Positions 62,954-64,000 of a DNA stretch of 64,000 nucleotides are shown here, piece by piece. The first letter of the stretch is position 1; each line of letters opens with the position of its first letter. The stretch is from positions 29,364,822 to 29,428,821 of the forward strand of contig NC_057719.1 of the NCBI RefSeq assembly GCF_004010195.1, given 5' to 3'. Below the pieces are notes generated by a model, which saw only the letters and a program-made list of their open reading frames with translations, was not told the DNA's origin and made no database searches. The DNA is from Chiloscyllium plagiosum (Eukaryota). The position numbers and the translations under genes were made by a program.

Positions 62954-63060
62954 ATCATAGCAAGCTACGAGTAAAGGACATTCTTGTTCTGCTACTTGAC
63001 CTGAATGTAAGCAGTTCCCACAAGGATGCGACAAAAAGTGTTATCCAGTACTTTGGTAAA
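62954..63060 (+). CDS. DHRS7: DHRS7 coding exon 3 (107 nt): DHSKLRVKDILVLLLDLNVSSSHKDATKSVIQYFGK; gene continues beyond the window
   Basis: Acceptor ttgttttgtag|AT, donor AAA|gtacgt. KDILVLxLDL...SH..AT..V...FG matches DHRS7; phase consistent. Confidence 0.94.
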
Positions 63061-63092
63061 GTACGTTTCCTCATGATTTTCCATTTATTATA

Positions 63093-64000
63093 AGACCATA
63101 AGACAGAAGTAGAAGTAGGCAATTTGGCCTATCAAGTTTGTTTTGTTATTTGTTGTGACGGATATGTTTCTCTATCCCACTTTCCCACCTTCTCCGTGTA
63201 ACCCTCAATCCCCCTAACAATCAAGAACCTATCTATCTCTGTCTTGAACAGACTCAGTGTCTTCACCTCCATAACCTTCACTGGCAAGTGAGTTCCATAG
63301 GCTCACTACCCTCTGACTGAAGAAATTCCTCCTCCGCTCAGTTCTAAAGGGTTGTCCCTTCATTCTGTGGCTATGCCCTCAGGTCCCAGTCTCCTCGACT
63401 AGTGAAAAACTCTTACCCACTTTCACTCAATCCAGACCTTTCTGTAGGTTTAATAAAAATCTCTTCCCTCTCCCTCTCTATTGTCTCTATGTCTCTCCCT
63501 GTCTGTTTCTTCTCTCACCCTGTCCACCCTTGACACCCCAAAAAAATCCTTTTTAAACTGAGTACAGATCGAGAATCCTCAGACAGTACTCATGATAAAC
63601 CCTTTATCCCCAGCATCATTCTTGGAAACAATTTCTGGATCTCCAAGGCCATCTTTCCATAGATACTGGGCCTAAAACTACTCTCAATATTCCAAATGCA
63701 TCTGACCAGAGACATAAACAGCTAAGCAGCATATTTCTGCTCTTGTATTCTGGCCCTCTTGAACTAAATGCTAATATTTCATTTGCTTTCCTAAATGTCA
63801 ACTGAATGCATGTTAATCATAAGAGAATTCTGTAGTGGGGCTTCAAGGCTCTTTGTGCTTCAGATTTCTGAAGCCTTTCCTTGTTTAGTAAATAATCTAT
63901 CTTCTTCCTACCAAAGTGCATAACCCCACACTTACCAATGTGATATTCTTTGTCCACTCTCCTAGTCTGCCCAAGTCTTTCTGCAGCCTCGCTACTCCCC
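63093..64000 (-). mobile_element. CR1 3' portion
   Basis: Reverse 3' tail agaccataagacagaagtagaagtaggc and ORF remnant RKANEILAFSSRGPEYKSR. Homologous to 14900-15705. Confidence 0.85.

Overview
Vertebrate genomic DNA, almost certainly a cartilaginous fish. The repeat content (HE1/V-SINEs, Deu-SINEs, shark-type CR1 and Penelope-like elements) suggests a carpet/bamboo shark, but that assignment is inference. The window holds the complete coding region of PPM1A on the minus strand: five coding exons, 1152 nt, 383 aa, a probable non-coding exon 1 in a CpG-rich promoter near 36.2 kb, and a repeat-free 3' UTR of about 5.5 kb. Head-to-head with it are the first three coding exons of DHRS7 on the plus strand. 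The rest is a mosaic of CR1/L2 LINEs, SINEs, solo LTRs and Penelope-like elements (PLEs). The most interesting signal is a set of short, mostly palindromic PLE-terminus insertions from two families. They carry minimal hammerhead ribozyme motifs and have target duplications of 9-65 bp; one has also made an inverted copy of its target DNA. A GIY-YIG-encoding PLE with its own 3' hammerhead is present. PPM1A shows a possible deeply conserved exon-3 read-through isoform, and its large exon 2 is bracketed by two mutually complementary palindromes. Repeat boundaries are approximate and family names come from recognition, not from a database search.
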